A stretch of 64,000 bases of DNA from Candidatus Woesearchaeota archaeon (GTDB lineage: Archaea; Nanobdellota; Nanobdellia; Woesearchaeales; UBA583): positions 832,001-896,000 of the forward strand of contig OZ242164.1 in assembly GCA_965205335.1 (NCBI GenBank), in the 5' to 3' direction. The first letter of the stretch is position 1. Each line of letters begins with the position of its first letter. Positions 48,896 through 58,484 of this stretch are shown here, piece by piece. Below the pieces are notes generated by a model. It was given only the letters and a program-made list of their open reading frames with translations. It was not told the DNA's origin and ran no database searches. The translations under genes and the position numbers were made by a program.

Positions 48896-51800
48896 ATGAA
48901 AAAACAATTACTACTGATGCTGTTTGCAATCTTATTATCTTTAGGATTTGCATTTGCTTCAGAGACACAAGGTGAACAATATCATGTTTTCCAGATGAAC
49001 TTTGCAGATGAAGTTCCAAATTCAGTATTTGTAACAGGTGGAGAATGTGCCAATACTCTGTGTAGTACATTTAAACCATCATCACAAGTTGAAGTGTACA
49101 ATGGCGCACAAGCATTTGAATGTGACAGATTATATTCAAATAATGTGAATGACTTCAAATCATGTATGGCGAGAGCTAAACTGAGTTCAAACATTCATCC
49201 AATACAAAATAATGGAGATTATGTTGCAGTTAAAGTTAATATACCTAACAATTATGCATTTGGACACTTACTATGGTTCTCAACAGAAGGAGACACATAC
49301 ATACCTTGGTATGCTCAGGTAACATATGACTGTTCAGGTGGAGAAGTATGTTTTTATCCAGCGGCAAGTAGCAAGGGAAATGCAACAGACATTAACTTTG
49401 ACAAATTTCAAAGAATTGCAATTGCTGAAGTAAGTCAAGTTAACATAAAAAACCTTGACGATGACACAAAACCAATTCAAATAGAGGTTCCAGTTCAAAT
49501 AGAAGAAACTGTTTGTTCAGCTTATAGAGCAGCTAATGGTAACTATGAAGTTCCAAACTTCCCCCAAGGATACTCTGATCTTAGTGCTAACACAAACATT
49601 AAACTAACTATTAAAAACAATCATAACAGCGAAGTGCTATTAACAGAAGATGTTAACTTACCTATTGAAGCAGACACATGTGCAGCGCTTCATGCATTTA
49701 CATGGACTCCTCCAGAAGATTTACTTGACACAGAAATTAAATTTAGAGTGGAAACAGATGTTGTTGACAAACAAGTAAGTGAGTCCAAAAAAGACTTCCA
49801 CGAAGTAATTGAAACAATCTACCCAGAAGACCTTACCGGACAATGTTGGAGTAGAGCTTACGATTTAGTATTAACAAATGATCCATATGAAGAATTATCA
49901 ACAAGTATAGTTGAAATAACTAAAGGAGAGAAAGTATATGCAATATTTAATGCAGGAACATGGAAAGGTAATGAAATAACTCCTCTTGAAACATCTTGGC
50001 AAATTAAATTTAACAGTACAGTAGTTAAAGAGGGAGAATTTCAGACTCAAACAAATGATGTGCAGAAAATTACAGTTGATCTAACAGAGGCTATCTCAGT
50101 TGTTGATGCAGGAAATTATAGAGTTCAATTAATAACAAGAGCATCAAGTACTCAGAATTGTGATGTGAGTGTACCTGTAGTTCAGAATGTGAACTTAGAC
50201 GTTCGTGAAATTGATATGTTTGAAGTTGAATTTGAAGTAATGGAAGAAGGAGACCAATACAACAAAATAGATGGAGCAAACATTAGCTTAGTATTAACCG
50301 AGTCTCACGAGTACTTTGCAAGCAAACCAGAATATGACAAAAGTCAAACAACTGACACGCAAGGAAAAACTACATTTAACGAAGCTACAAGAGGAGAATA
50401 CACGTACACAATAACAAAAAGTGGATTCCAGAGAGTTACAAACAATGTAATTGTTGGTTCAGACACAACGGTAACAATCTCTCTACCAAAAAATAACAAT
50501 GCACCTACAATTGATTTACCTCACAACAGAACAGTAGATATTAAGAGCACATTAGAACTAGATTTAGAAGATTATGTACATGACTTTGAAGATGCATTTA
50601 GTGATTTAAATCTTAGCGTAAGAAAAGCATCAGGAAACGCGCAAGTGCAAATAGAGAACTCAAAATTAATAGTAAAAAAGAATTCAGTTGGAAATGTTGA
50701 CCTTGAAGTAACAGTAACTGACAGTCAAGGGGCATCAGCTAGTGATTCAATGTTAGTTAGTTTCATTGATAACAATGCTCCTGTAATTAATTCATTTGTT
50801 GCAAATCCTACTAACGGAGATGCTCCATTTACAACTACATTTGAAATAGATGTTCATGATGCTGATGGAGATACTCTAAGATGTACTATAAACTATGATG
50901 ATAGAAGTACAAATAAAGAAGGTAACTGTGATGAAATTGATGGAATAACTCACACATACAACACAGTTGGAACATACAATGTAGTTTTAACAGTAAGTGA
51001 TGGCAAAAATGATCCTGTTAAACAAACTGAGCAGGTATTTGTATTTGAAAGAAACTACTCATCACCTCATATTGGGTTTTTCACATTAGAATCAAGCAAT
51101 GGTGATTATATACCAACTGATTTAACATTAGTTTGGGAAGTAACTCACCCTGACAACCTTGATACAAAATGTTTCCTTAGAATTAATGGAGTTTCAGAGA
51201 GCGTTAATTGTAAAGATACAAAGAATATAAACAACTTTGACAGATTAGGAGAATCCAGATTCATATTGCTTGCAGATGATGGGGAACACCAAGTATCAAG
51301 AAAACACATTAAAGTATTTTATAGAGAAGAAGATGAGGAAAACACACCACCAGTAATTGATGAATTCACAGTTAATACAACAAAAAGCACATTAGGTATG
51401 ATTGCACAATTTACCACAGCAGTATCAGATGCTGATGGAGATAGTTTAAGATGCTCTATTAACTTTGGAGATGGAGTTACAATACAAGACTCAGAATGTG
51501 ATCCATTAAGAAGTGTAGAACATCAATATAATGGAGTAGAAGACTTCACTGCAATATTTAGTGTAACAGATGGAGTAGACACAACATCAGAATCTATTAC
51601 AGTTGCATTAGAAGAAGATAAAGTAGAAGTGAATAACACACCTCCAGTAATTGAAGAATTCACAGCAGATCCAACAGAAGGCTCGGTAGGAGTGGAAGTA
51701 ACATTTACTACAAGAGTATCAGATGTTGATGAAGATAGTTTAAAATGTTCTATTGACTTTGGAGATAGCGTTACAGAAGATGATACATACTGTACATTTT

Positions 51801-53446
51801 TAGAAACAATAAAACATCAATACAACAGTTTAGGAACATACACCGCAACATTTAATGTAACAGATGGAACAGACACAGCATCAGAATCTATTACAATCAC
51901 AGTAACTGATGAGGAAAACTCACGTCCAGTAATTGAAGAATTCACAGCAGATCCAACAGAAGGCTCAGTAGGAGTGGAAGTAACATTTACTACAAGAGTA
52001 TCAGATGTTGATGAAGATAGTTTAAAATGCTCTATTGACTTTGGAGATGGAGTTGCAGAAGATGACACATATTGTGTCTTCTTAGAAACAGTAGAACATC
52101 AATATAACACTGTGGGAACATTCACTGTAAGATTTAGTGTAACAGATGGGACAAACACAGTCTCAGAATCTATTGCAATCAATGTAAGAGAAAACAACGC
52201 ACCTGTTATAAACCGATTTGAAGCAAGCCCTAGCGGAGGACGTTCACCTCTTATTGCTTCATTTTATGTGGACGTAACTGATTCAGATGGAGATAGTGTA
52301 TCATGTAGAATTGATTTTGGAGATGGAACATTATCACATCAGGATGATTGTTACTTATTAAATGGAGTGACTCACCAATACATAGGAATTGGTAAATATA
52401 CTGCAAAATTAGTTGCAGAAGATGAGTTTGGTAAGGAAATTTATGCAACAGAAACAATTAGAGTAATATCTCAAGAACCTTTAGTTGAGTTCTTTACTCT
52501 AAGCACATCAACAGGAAGTTATATCCTTCCAAATGACATAACACTGCAATGGAAAGCAACTCACCCTGATGAAGTGCCAGTTACATGTGACTTAATAGTT
52601 AACGGTGCTAAAACATCTAATGTTGGATGTCAGAACTCAAAAACACTCTCAAACTACAATGTTGAAGGAACTGCAAAATTCGAGATAGTTGTAAGAGATG
52701 GATATGGAAACTCAGATAGCAAGAGCATTGAACAATTATTTGCGAAAGTTCCGTTAACTCATGAAAATTTAGACTTGGAAATTGACTCTGTAATTGAACC
52801 GGGAGATTTCAGATTCTACTTAGAAGTTAGTGACGAGAGTATTGCAAGAAGACAATTGTACTTAGAACCACAAATCAGATGTAATGGAGTTACAAGCCCG
52901 CTATCTAACAGCAGAAAATTAGAAACTTCCGCTAAATCAAGTGTATACATTGGTTCAGTTACAAGATTTGAATTTATAACAAATACACTTGATTACCGTT
53001 CAAATATTCCAAAAGAAACTCAGTGTGTATTCTCTGTAAGAGTTACAGACAAATATGGAACAGACCTTGAGTTAAATGAGGATGTAAGATTTGAATACGG
53101 AGTGGGTCAGACTCAAATCCAATCAATTAGAGGAAGTGGAACTGACATTGCAAATTACATGCAAACAGCTCTTAGTGGCAATATTGAACCAGGATTTAAT
53201 TCAGTAGAGTTCAATTTGATAAATAATGAAGTAGAGGACAAAAGAATTACAGTCTCACTATTGAGCAGAGAACTTGGAATCAATTATGTATTGGATAGAA
53301 GATTAGAACCAGATACATTACTGAGAGTTCAAATTCCAATATACATTTCAGATAATGTAGAATCAGGAATGTATCCTGTTAGAATTAGTTTCACTGATGA
53401 AAACGAAGGAAGACAAACAAGATACACTTACATAAACATTGAATAA
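48896..53446 (+). CDS. Large secreted PKD/Ig-like repeat surface protein (putative adhesin)
   Basis: Signal peptide; repeated NxxPVIxxF...D.DGD.L.C.IDFGDG...H.Y...G.Y...V.DG PKD units. Confidence 0.88.
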   Translation: MKKQLLLMLFAILLSLGFAFASETQGEQYHVFQMNFADEVPNSVFVTGGECANTLCSTFKPSSQVEVYNGAQAFECDRLYSNNVNDFKSCMARAKLSSNIHPIQNNGDYVAVKVNIPNNYAFGHLLWFSTEGDTYIPWYAQVTYDCSGGEVCFYPAASSKGNATDINFDKFQRIAIAEVSQVNIKNLDDDTKPIQIEVPVQIEETVCSAYRAANGNYEVPNFPQGYSDLSANTNIKLTIKNNHNSEVLLTEDVNLPIEADTCAALHAFTWTPPEDLLDTEIKFRVETDVVDKQVSESKKDFHEVIETIYPEDLTGQCWSRAYDLVLTNDPYEELSTSIVEITKGEKVYAIFNAGTWKGNEITPLETSWQIKFNSTVVKEGEFQTQTNDVQKITVDLTEAISVVDAGNYRVQLITRASSTQNCDVSVPVVQNVNLDVREIDMFEVEFEVMEEGDQYNKIDGANISLVLTESHEYFASKPEYDKSQTTDTQGKTTFNEATRGEYTYTITKSGFQRVTNNVIVGSDTTVTISLPKNNNAPTIDLPHNRTVDIKSTLELDLEDYVHDFEDAFSDLNLSVRKASGNAQVQIENSKLIVKKNSVGNVDLEVTVTDSQGASASDSMLVSFIDNNAPVINSFVANPTNGDAPFTTTFEIDVHDADGDTLRCTINYDDRSTNKEGNCDEIDGITHTYNTVGTYNVVLTVSDGKNDPVKQTEQVFVFERNYSSPHIGFFTLESSNGDYIPTDLTLVWEVTHPDNLDTKCFLRINGVSESVNCKDTKNINNFDRLGESRFILLADDGEHQVSRKHIKVFYREEDEENTPPVIDEFTVNTTKSTLGMIAQFTTAVSDADGDSLRCSINFGDGVTIQDSECDPLRSVEHQYNGVEDFTAIFSVTDGVDTTSESITVALEEDKVEVNNTPPVIEEFTADPTEGSVGVEVTFTTRVSDVDEDSLKCSIDFGDSVTEDDTYCTFLETIKHQYNSLGTYTATFNVTDGTDTASESITITVTDEENSRPVIEEFTADPTEGSVGVEVTFTTRVSDVDEDSLKCSIDFGDGVAEDDTYCVFLETVEHQYNTVGTFTVRFSVTDGTNTVSESIAINVRENNAPVINRFEASPSGGRSPLIASFYVDVTDSDGDSVSCRIDFGDGTLSHQDDCYLLNGVTHQYIGIGKYTAKLVAEDEFGKEIYATETIRVISQEPLVEFFTLSTSTGSYILPNDITLQWKATHPDEVPVTCDLIVNGAKTSNVGCQNSKTLSNYNVEGTAKFEIVVRDGYGNSDSKSIEQLFAKVPLTHENLDLEIDSVIEPGDFRFYLEVSDESIARRQLYLEPQIRCNGVTSPLSNSRKLETSAKSSVYIGSVTRFEFITNTLDYRSNIPKETQCVFSVRVTDKYGTDLELNEDVRFEYGVGQTQIQSIRGSGTDIANYMQTALSGNIEPGFNSVEFNLINNEVEDKRITVSLLSRELGINYVLDRRLEPDTLLRVQIPIYISDNVESGMYPVRISFTDENEGRQTRYTYINIE
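51350..52190. repeat. Tandem PKD-coding repeats (periods 294 and 282 bp)
   Basis: ccagtaattga at 51350, 51644 and 51926; the last two units are nearly identical at DNA level. Confidence 0.9.
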
Positions 53447-53505
53447 TCCTTTCAATTTCATCATTTTCTTTAACAAATACCTCTAAATTCAAGTTAAACT
53501 TTTTT

Positions 53506-54633
53506 TTAATCTAAATCTAACACAATCTCATTATTTTTGTAATTCAATTTAGAAACCACCTTTTTTAACTTCTCATCAGAATTAATCATTTCTTTAACAT
53601 AATCCCACCCTTTTTCTTTCCCAGTTTTACTTATGCGTTCAAGCAATTGCTCAACTAAAGAATAATTCTCATATATCTTATTCCCATACAAATTATATCT
53701 CTCATAATCCCTTAGAACTTCCTCTTTTAATTTTTCCTGTTTAGAAAGCCTATTTTGAAGTTTTTTAAACTCAGTGCTCAATTGCTCCACTTTACTATCT
53801 TTCTGCTCAATATGTTGCTCAAAATAGCCCTTAATTGCATCATTAAAAGAATTAACTCTCTCTAAATTACTCACTGACTTAAATCTAATAGGAAAAAAAT
53901 CTAAAATCATGCCATTCTCCCTTAAAACACATGGTTCTTCCTTAGAACTTAAAACAGAATTAACTGAACTAATCAACTTCTTAACGTCCTTAAACTCACT
54001 GCATAAAACATCCTTATTAACTTCCAACCTAAAACAAACCTCCTCAGAGAATTTCCCACCAAGTCCTAAATTAATTGCTAAAAACTTAACTAAACTCAAA
54101 TCAGAACCTCTCAGTTCATCACTTAATTTCATCTCATCTGTATTCATATAAGAAATATCCTTTTTAGGAGGCAACTTGTAAACATCATGAACCATCACAT
54201 TTCTTGCTTTAAACTTTCTTTTAACCAAAGAATTCAAAATCACATTATCACTATCACAAACTATAATGTTCCCCTTAGCAAAAAGTTCTAAATAAACATA
54301 ATATGTCTCTATCTTTTCCAATCTTTTCTGCTCAAAACTAATCTTAATAATACGTTCATTTGGAATTAAAGAAATCTCTCTAATAAAAGATGATTTCAAA
54401 TACTTACGCAGATAAGACACAAAGGAATCAGGCGTGGAACTATCAACCTTGGAATCACCGAGATAAATATACTTAGAGACTTTATTTATCAAATATCTAT
54501 GCCCAACTCCGCGAACATAAACCCTTATATAGAAAATCCCCTCATCATAATAAAAACTATCCACACGGTTATTCTCAAAGACTTTAAACTCACGAACCAA
54601 ATAAAATAAATCAACTGATGAAATCTGTTTCAT
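53506..54633 (-). CDS. NFACT/Rqc2 (FbpA-N) family protein lacking the C-terminal NFACT-R domain
   Basis: SSVDL, F..YLRKYL, ERII, LELFAKGNII and GLGGKFSEE; ends after the coiled coil. Confidence 0.85.
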   Translation of the reverse strand: MKQISSVDLFYLVREFKVFENNRVDSFYYDEGIFYIRVYVRGVGHRYLINKVSKYIYLGDSKVDSSTPDSFVSYLRKYLKSSFIREISLIPNERIIKISFEQKRLEKIETYYVYLELFAKGNIIVCDSDNVILNSLVKRKFKARNVMVHDVYKLPPKKDISYMNTDEMKLSDELRGSDLSLVKFLAINLGLGGKFSEEVCFRLEVNKDVLCSEFKDVKKLISSVNSVLSSKEEPCVLRENGMILDFFPIRFKSVSNLERVNSFNDAIKGYFEQHIEQKDSKVEQLSTEFKKLQNRLSKQEKLKEEVLRDYERYNLYGNKIYENYSLVEQLLERISKTGKEKGWDYVKEMINSDEKLKKVVSKLNYKNNEIVLDLD

Positions 54634-54640
54634 TTGTCCT

Positions 54641-54703
54641 CTAAACTTCGGAATTGTTCCCCTCTTTCATTTTATCTTCCTTTTCAATCTCCCCAATTAT
54701 CAT
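54641..54703 (-). CDS. Putative leaderless 20-aa uORF upstream of the NFACT gene
   Basis: MIIGEIEKEDKMKEGNNSEV*; TTTATATA (54725-54732, minus strand) lies 21 nt upstream. Confidence 0.35.
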   Translation of the reverse strand: MIIGEIEKEDKMKEGNNSEV

Positions 54704-54797
54704 AACTTAGCCACAGTTTAACCTTATATAAAAGTTTGTTTTAAGAACAAAAAAATCAAATGTTAATATTTATAAATTCCCCATTCCAGATAAAAAT

Positions 54798-56048
54798 ATG
54801 AAAGATTTTGAAATACTCAAAGGAACAAAGGATTCCTCATTTAGTGAACAGATTAAAATCAACGAGATATTACAGACAATAAGAACCAATTTTGAAAAAT
54901 ATGGATTTAGACCCTTTGATACTCCAAGCATTGAATATATGGATACTCTAATGAATAAATACAAAGAAGACGATGAAATTGTTCAGGAGATATTTAAAGT
55001 AAAAGATAGAGGAGATAGGGATTTAGGTTTAAGATATGATTTAACTGTTCCTCTATGCCGTTATATTGCATCTTCAAAACAGCCCAAACTTCCATTTAAA
55101 AGATATGCAATTGGAAATGTGTTTCGAGATGGTCCTATTAAATCAGGTAGATTAAGAGAATTTACCCAGTGCGATGCAGATATTATAGGTATAAAGGATA
55201 TTTGCGCAGAAGCTGAAACTCTTAAAATGTTTTATGATACATATAAAGAAATTGGAATTGATGCAGTAATTGAACTAAACAATAATAAAATCTTAAGAGG
55301 GGCTTTATTACAGGAGGGATTTAAAGAAGAGGAATTGCAGGGATTAATCTTAAGCATTGACAAATTGAAAAAAATAGGCGAAAGAGGAATTCTTGATGAA
55401 ATCAAACAAAGAAATTTAGATGAGAACAAAGTTAAATCAGCCATTTTCACCCTATCATTAAAAACATTTGAAGAACTTGACAAGAAAGCATCCAATAACG
55501 AACTAAATGAAGGAATATCCCAATTAAAAGAACTAGTTAAATATCTTGATAATTTGAAAGTTAAATACAGACTTAATTTCTCAATGTCAAGAGGGCTTGC
55601 AATTTATACTGGTAATATTTGGGAAGCATACGACACTAAAAAAAGAATTGAATCTTCAATTGGTTCTGGTGGGAGATATGATAAGATAATTGGGGATTAT
55701 ATACAAGATGGGCGGGAGTATTCTGCATTTGGAGTTTCATTTGGTTTGGCTCCTATTCTAAAATGCATTAAATCAGAAGACAATAAAATTAGTAATACAG
55801 AGATTTTAGTTGCTCCGTTAAATTCAAATGAAAAATTGATAAACACTGCATTAAACTTAGCTCAAAATCTAAGAGGAAAGGGTAAAAACACAGAAATATG
55901 TTATGATTTCAAGTTAAAAAAAGCATTTGATTATGCGGATTACATAGGAGCAAAAGAGCTTGCAATAATTGGCAGAAAGGACTTAGAGAAAGAAGTTTAC
56001 ACATTAAAAAATCTTAGTACAAAAGAAGAAAAAGAAGTTAAATTATAA
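54798..56048 (+). CDS. hisS: Histidine-tRNA ligase
   Basis: KGTKD, LRYDLTVP, FRD....GRLREFTQCD, RGL..YTG and GGRYD. Confidence 0.96.
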   Translation: MKDFEILKGTKDSSFSEQIKINEILQTIRTNFEKYGFRPFDTPSIEYMDTLMNKYKEDDEIVQEIFKVKDRGDRDLGLRYDLTVPLCRYIASSKQPKLPFKRYAIGNVFRDGPIKSGRLREFTQCDADIIGIKDICAEAETLKMFYDTYKEIGIDAVIELNNNKILRGALLQEGFKEEELQGLILSIDKLKKIGERGILDEIKQRNLDENKVKSAIFTLSLKTFEELDKKASNNELNEGISQLKELVKYLDNLKVKYRLNFSMSRGLAIYTGNIWEAYDTKKRIESSIGSGGRYDKIIGDYIQDGREYSAFGVSFGLAPILKCIKSEDNKISNTEILVAPLNSNEKLINTALNLAQNLRGKGKNTEICYDFKLKKAFDYADYIGAKELAIIGRKDLEKEVYTLKNLSTKEEKEVKL

Positions 56049-56159
56049 TCATTATTTTCTAAAGTTAATTGTGTTTTTCTTGGCTTTAGATGTTCATTTT
56101 CGTCCGATTAATTTATAAATAAGAAAGCATTTACTTAGAATAGTAACAAGTAGATACTA

Positions 56160-58475
56160 TTGAAAGTGACAAATCAAGACAATTCTAGAGAAGAAGGACA
56201 AGAGAATTTAGAAGAGAAAATAGGGCTCTTTGGTAAATTCAGAGGACGAGGGAAGAAGAAAAAAGCAATAGTTGATGTGAGTTTTATGTCTTTACCAGGT
56301 CATAAAATTAATCTCAATGAAGGAGGAGGTGTTGATATTAATTCTGAAGAAGGTAAGGGTGTATCTTTGAAAATTCACAAAGAGAGGGGAAAGACTAGTA
56401 TTAATCCTACAGATGATCCGAACATTGCACATGTAAATTCTGATAGAGAGACTATTTTTGAGTCTTCTTTCCCTGGCATGGATGTTTTTGTTGGTAAAGG
56501 AGGGAATCGTTTTAAACCTATTGATGATAGAAATATTTCTTTTAACCTATTAGACAGGATGTTTTTGAATTTTGGTGGTAATATGAAAAATTATTTTCTT
56601 GCTAGACCTACATCCAGAAAAGGTATAAATTATATCATTAATGGTGTGATTGGGGTGGTTGAAGCTATCATTCCAAGAGGTGGAGGATTGCTTACTAAGT
56701 ATGGTGAGAAGGATACTAAATTAGTTCCTGTCTCCGAGTCAGGTACATCTGTTGAAGTAGGTAAGGAAGTTAAGGTGGTTGTTCCAAAAGATAGAGGATT
56801 GCTTACTAAGTATAGTGAGAAGGATACTAAATTAGTTCCTGTCTCCGAGCCAGGTACATCTGTTGAAGTAGGTAGGAAAGTTAAGGTGGTTACTCCAAAA
56901 AGAAAAAATTTATCTGCGAAATTTGGAGGAGATGGTACTGATACAATAAGTCCCACAGATAATTCTGTTCCAGTTGTTAATGCAGGTAGAGAATTTGAAG
57001 CTAGAACTTTAGAGGAGGAGATATTATCAGTGGAACTTGGCAGGAATTGGGCTATATTTAGACCTAAAGGCAAAGGGGATGATAACCCATCTGTAACTTT
57101 GCATGATAAGATAGAAGTTACGCCTCTGAAAAGTAGAGGTATAATTTGGAATGTGATAAAGAAAGGAAGATCAGCGGTGGTGACCGCTGAACCTATAAAA
57201 AAGGGAGGAAAATTTCTTAGAATGCCCAATGGAATACTTAATCTTAATAATTTTAAATATAAGTTGAGTGATGGGGGAATATTTGATTTTAATAAAGAAA
57301 AATGGAAGAAAAGATGGGTTAAAGGACTTTCTTTGATGGTATTAGGTAGCGCATTAGCAGGCGGAGTATTAAAATATCAATACCTAATGAATAATAATGA
57401 AGGGAGTTCTCCACAACAACCTCGTTCCAAGCGATTTGATAGTATACCAGAATTAGTAGAGGCAAATGGTATTTATATTTATCATAAGGGTGCTTTTGAT
57501 AGATGGACAGATGTCTGGTATGATATTAATACATCGCAAGGATTGTGTGAAAAAGATACTTATGTAACAGATAGAGTAAAAAGCAGACATCTTCTAGTAA
57601 GACTTGATGGGCGTGTCCCAAGGATTGTAAATACAAATGGGAACAATCAGAAAGAGAAAAAAAACCGAGGAAGAATGGTAGTTTCTCGTGAGATTCTAAT
57701 GAATTATGATTTGAGAATAGGTCATGGAGGAGATTTTGTTCTCCCTATAAGAAAAGGTGAACAAGGATATCCTTTTGCATTATATTGTAATGGAAGTAAA
57801 ATGGGAAAAGCAGTTGAGAGGTATCTTTCAGGAACGATACCACCTAATCAATGGTGGAAGGGGGCAGGATTGAAGAACAAGGAACTTAAATATGGTTCAG
57901 CATTTGAAGGAATTTTTAAAGATTTTAAAGATAATGAGGGAAATCCTACACTGCCCCAAGAACTTACACACTTACTTAAAGCACAAGCACTTGTTGAGAG
58001 TAGATTTATACCAGAGTCTATATCTCCTTCTGGTGCGAGGGGAATTCTGCAATTATTAAGAGGTACTCTTAGTCATTATGGTGTCAAGAGAGAGAATGAT
58101 TTTAAAATCCCTTATCAAATCAGATGTGCTTATGCACACTATGAAGATAAAATTAAGGAATTCAAACGATCATTGGGAGATATAAGAGCATCTGATGAAG
58201 ACAAAGCAAAACTTGCACTTTATTTAGCGATGCAGGCATATCATAGTGGGGAAGGTAATGTAAGTGGGATATTAAAAAAACCAGAATCAAAAGGAATCTT
58301 AGAAAAACTATTATCTGAAAACAGAAGTCCTCAAGAAGTAGTGCATGGATTGATAATATCAAATTATGGATTTGGAAAAATTTCTAATCGCAAAATAGGA
58401 GAAGAGTCCATAAATTACTTACCAAAGATCTTTGCCGCAGAAAGATTTCTATCAGAGAATGAATTGAGAAAGTAG
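56160..58475 (+). CDS. Membrane-anchored lytic transglycosylase (SLT/GH23-like) with long N-terminal repeat region
   Basis: ALVESRF (catalytic Glu), SGARGILQL, AYHSGEGNV and ESINYLPKI; TM at about aa 390-405. Confidence 0.85.
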   Translation: MKVTNQDNSREEGQENLEEKIGLFGKFRGRGKKKKAIVDVSFMSLPGHKINLNEGGGVDINSEEGKGVSLKIHKERGKTSINPTDDPNIAHVNSDRETIFESSFPGMDVFVGKGGNRFKPIDDRNISFNLLDRMFLNFGGNMKNYFLARPTSRKGINYIINGVIGVVEAIIPRGGGLLTKYGEKDTKLVPVSESGTSVEVGKEVKVVVPKDRGLLTKYSEKDTKLVPVSEPGTSVEVGRKVKVVTPKRKNLSAKFGGDGTDTISPTDNSVPVVNAGREFEARTLEEEILSVELGRNWAIFRPKGKGDDNPSVTLHDKIEVTPLKSRGIIWNVIKKGRSAVVTAEPIKKGGKFLRMPNGILNLNNFKYKLSDGGIFDFNKEKWKKRWVKGLSLMVLGSALAGGVLKYQYLMNNNEGSSPQQPRSKRFDSIPELVEANGIYIYHKGAFDRWTDVWYDINTSQGLCEKDTYVTDRVKSRHLLVRLDGRVPRIVNTNGNNQKEKKNRGRMVVSREILMNYDLRIGHGGDFVLPIRKGEQGYPFALYCNGSKMGKAVERYLSGTIPPNQWWKGAGLKNKELKYGSAFEGIFKDFKDNEGNPTLPQELTHLLKAQALVESRFIPESISPSGARGILQLLRGTLSHYGVKRENDFKIPYQIRCAYAHYEDKIKEFKRSLGDIRASDEDKAKLALYLAMQAYHSGEGNVSGILKKPESKGILEKLLSENRSPQEVVHGLIISNYGFGKISNRKIGEESINYLPKIFAAERFLSENELRK
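56683..56900. repeat. 111-bp (37-aa) tandem repeat in the SLT1 N-terminal region
   Basis: GLLTKY(G/S)EKDTKLVPVSE(S/P)GTSVEVG.. twice; gaggatt at 56683 and 56794. Confidence 0.93.
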
Positions 58476-58484
58476 TTAATAAAA

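Noticed and set aside
56630-57229. 199-aa minus-strand ORF and the other short antisense ORFs in the track
   Set aside because: Shadows of longer, motif-bearing genes on the opposite strand.
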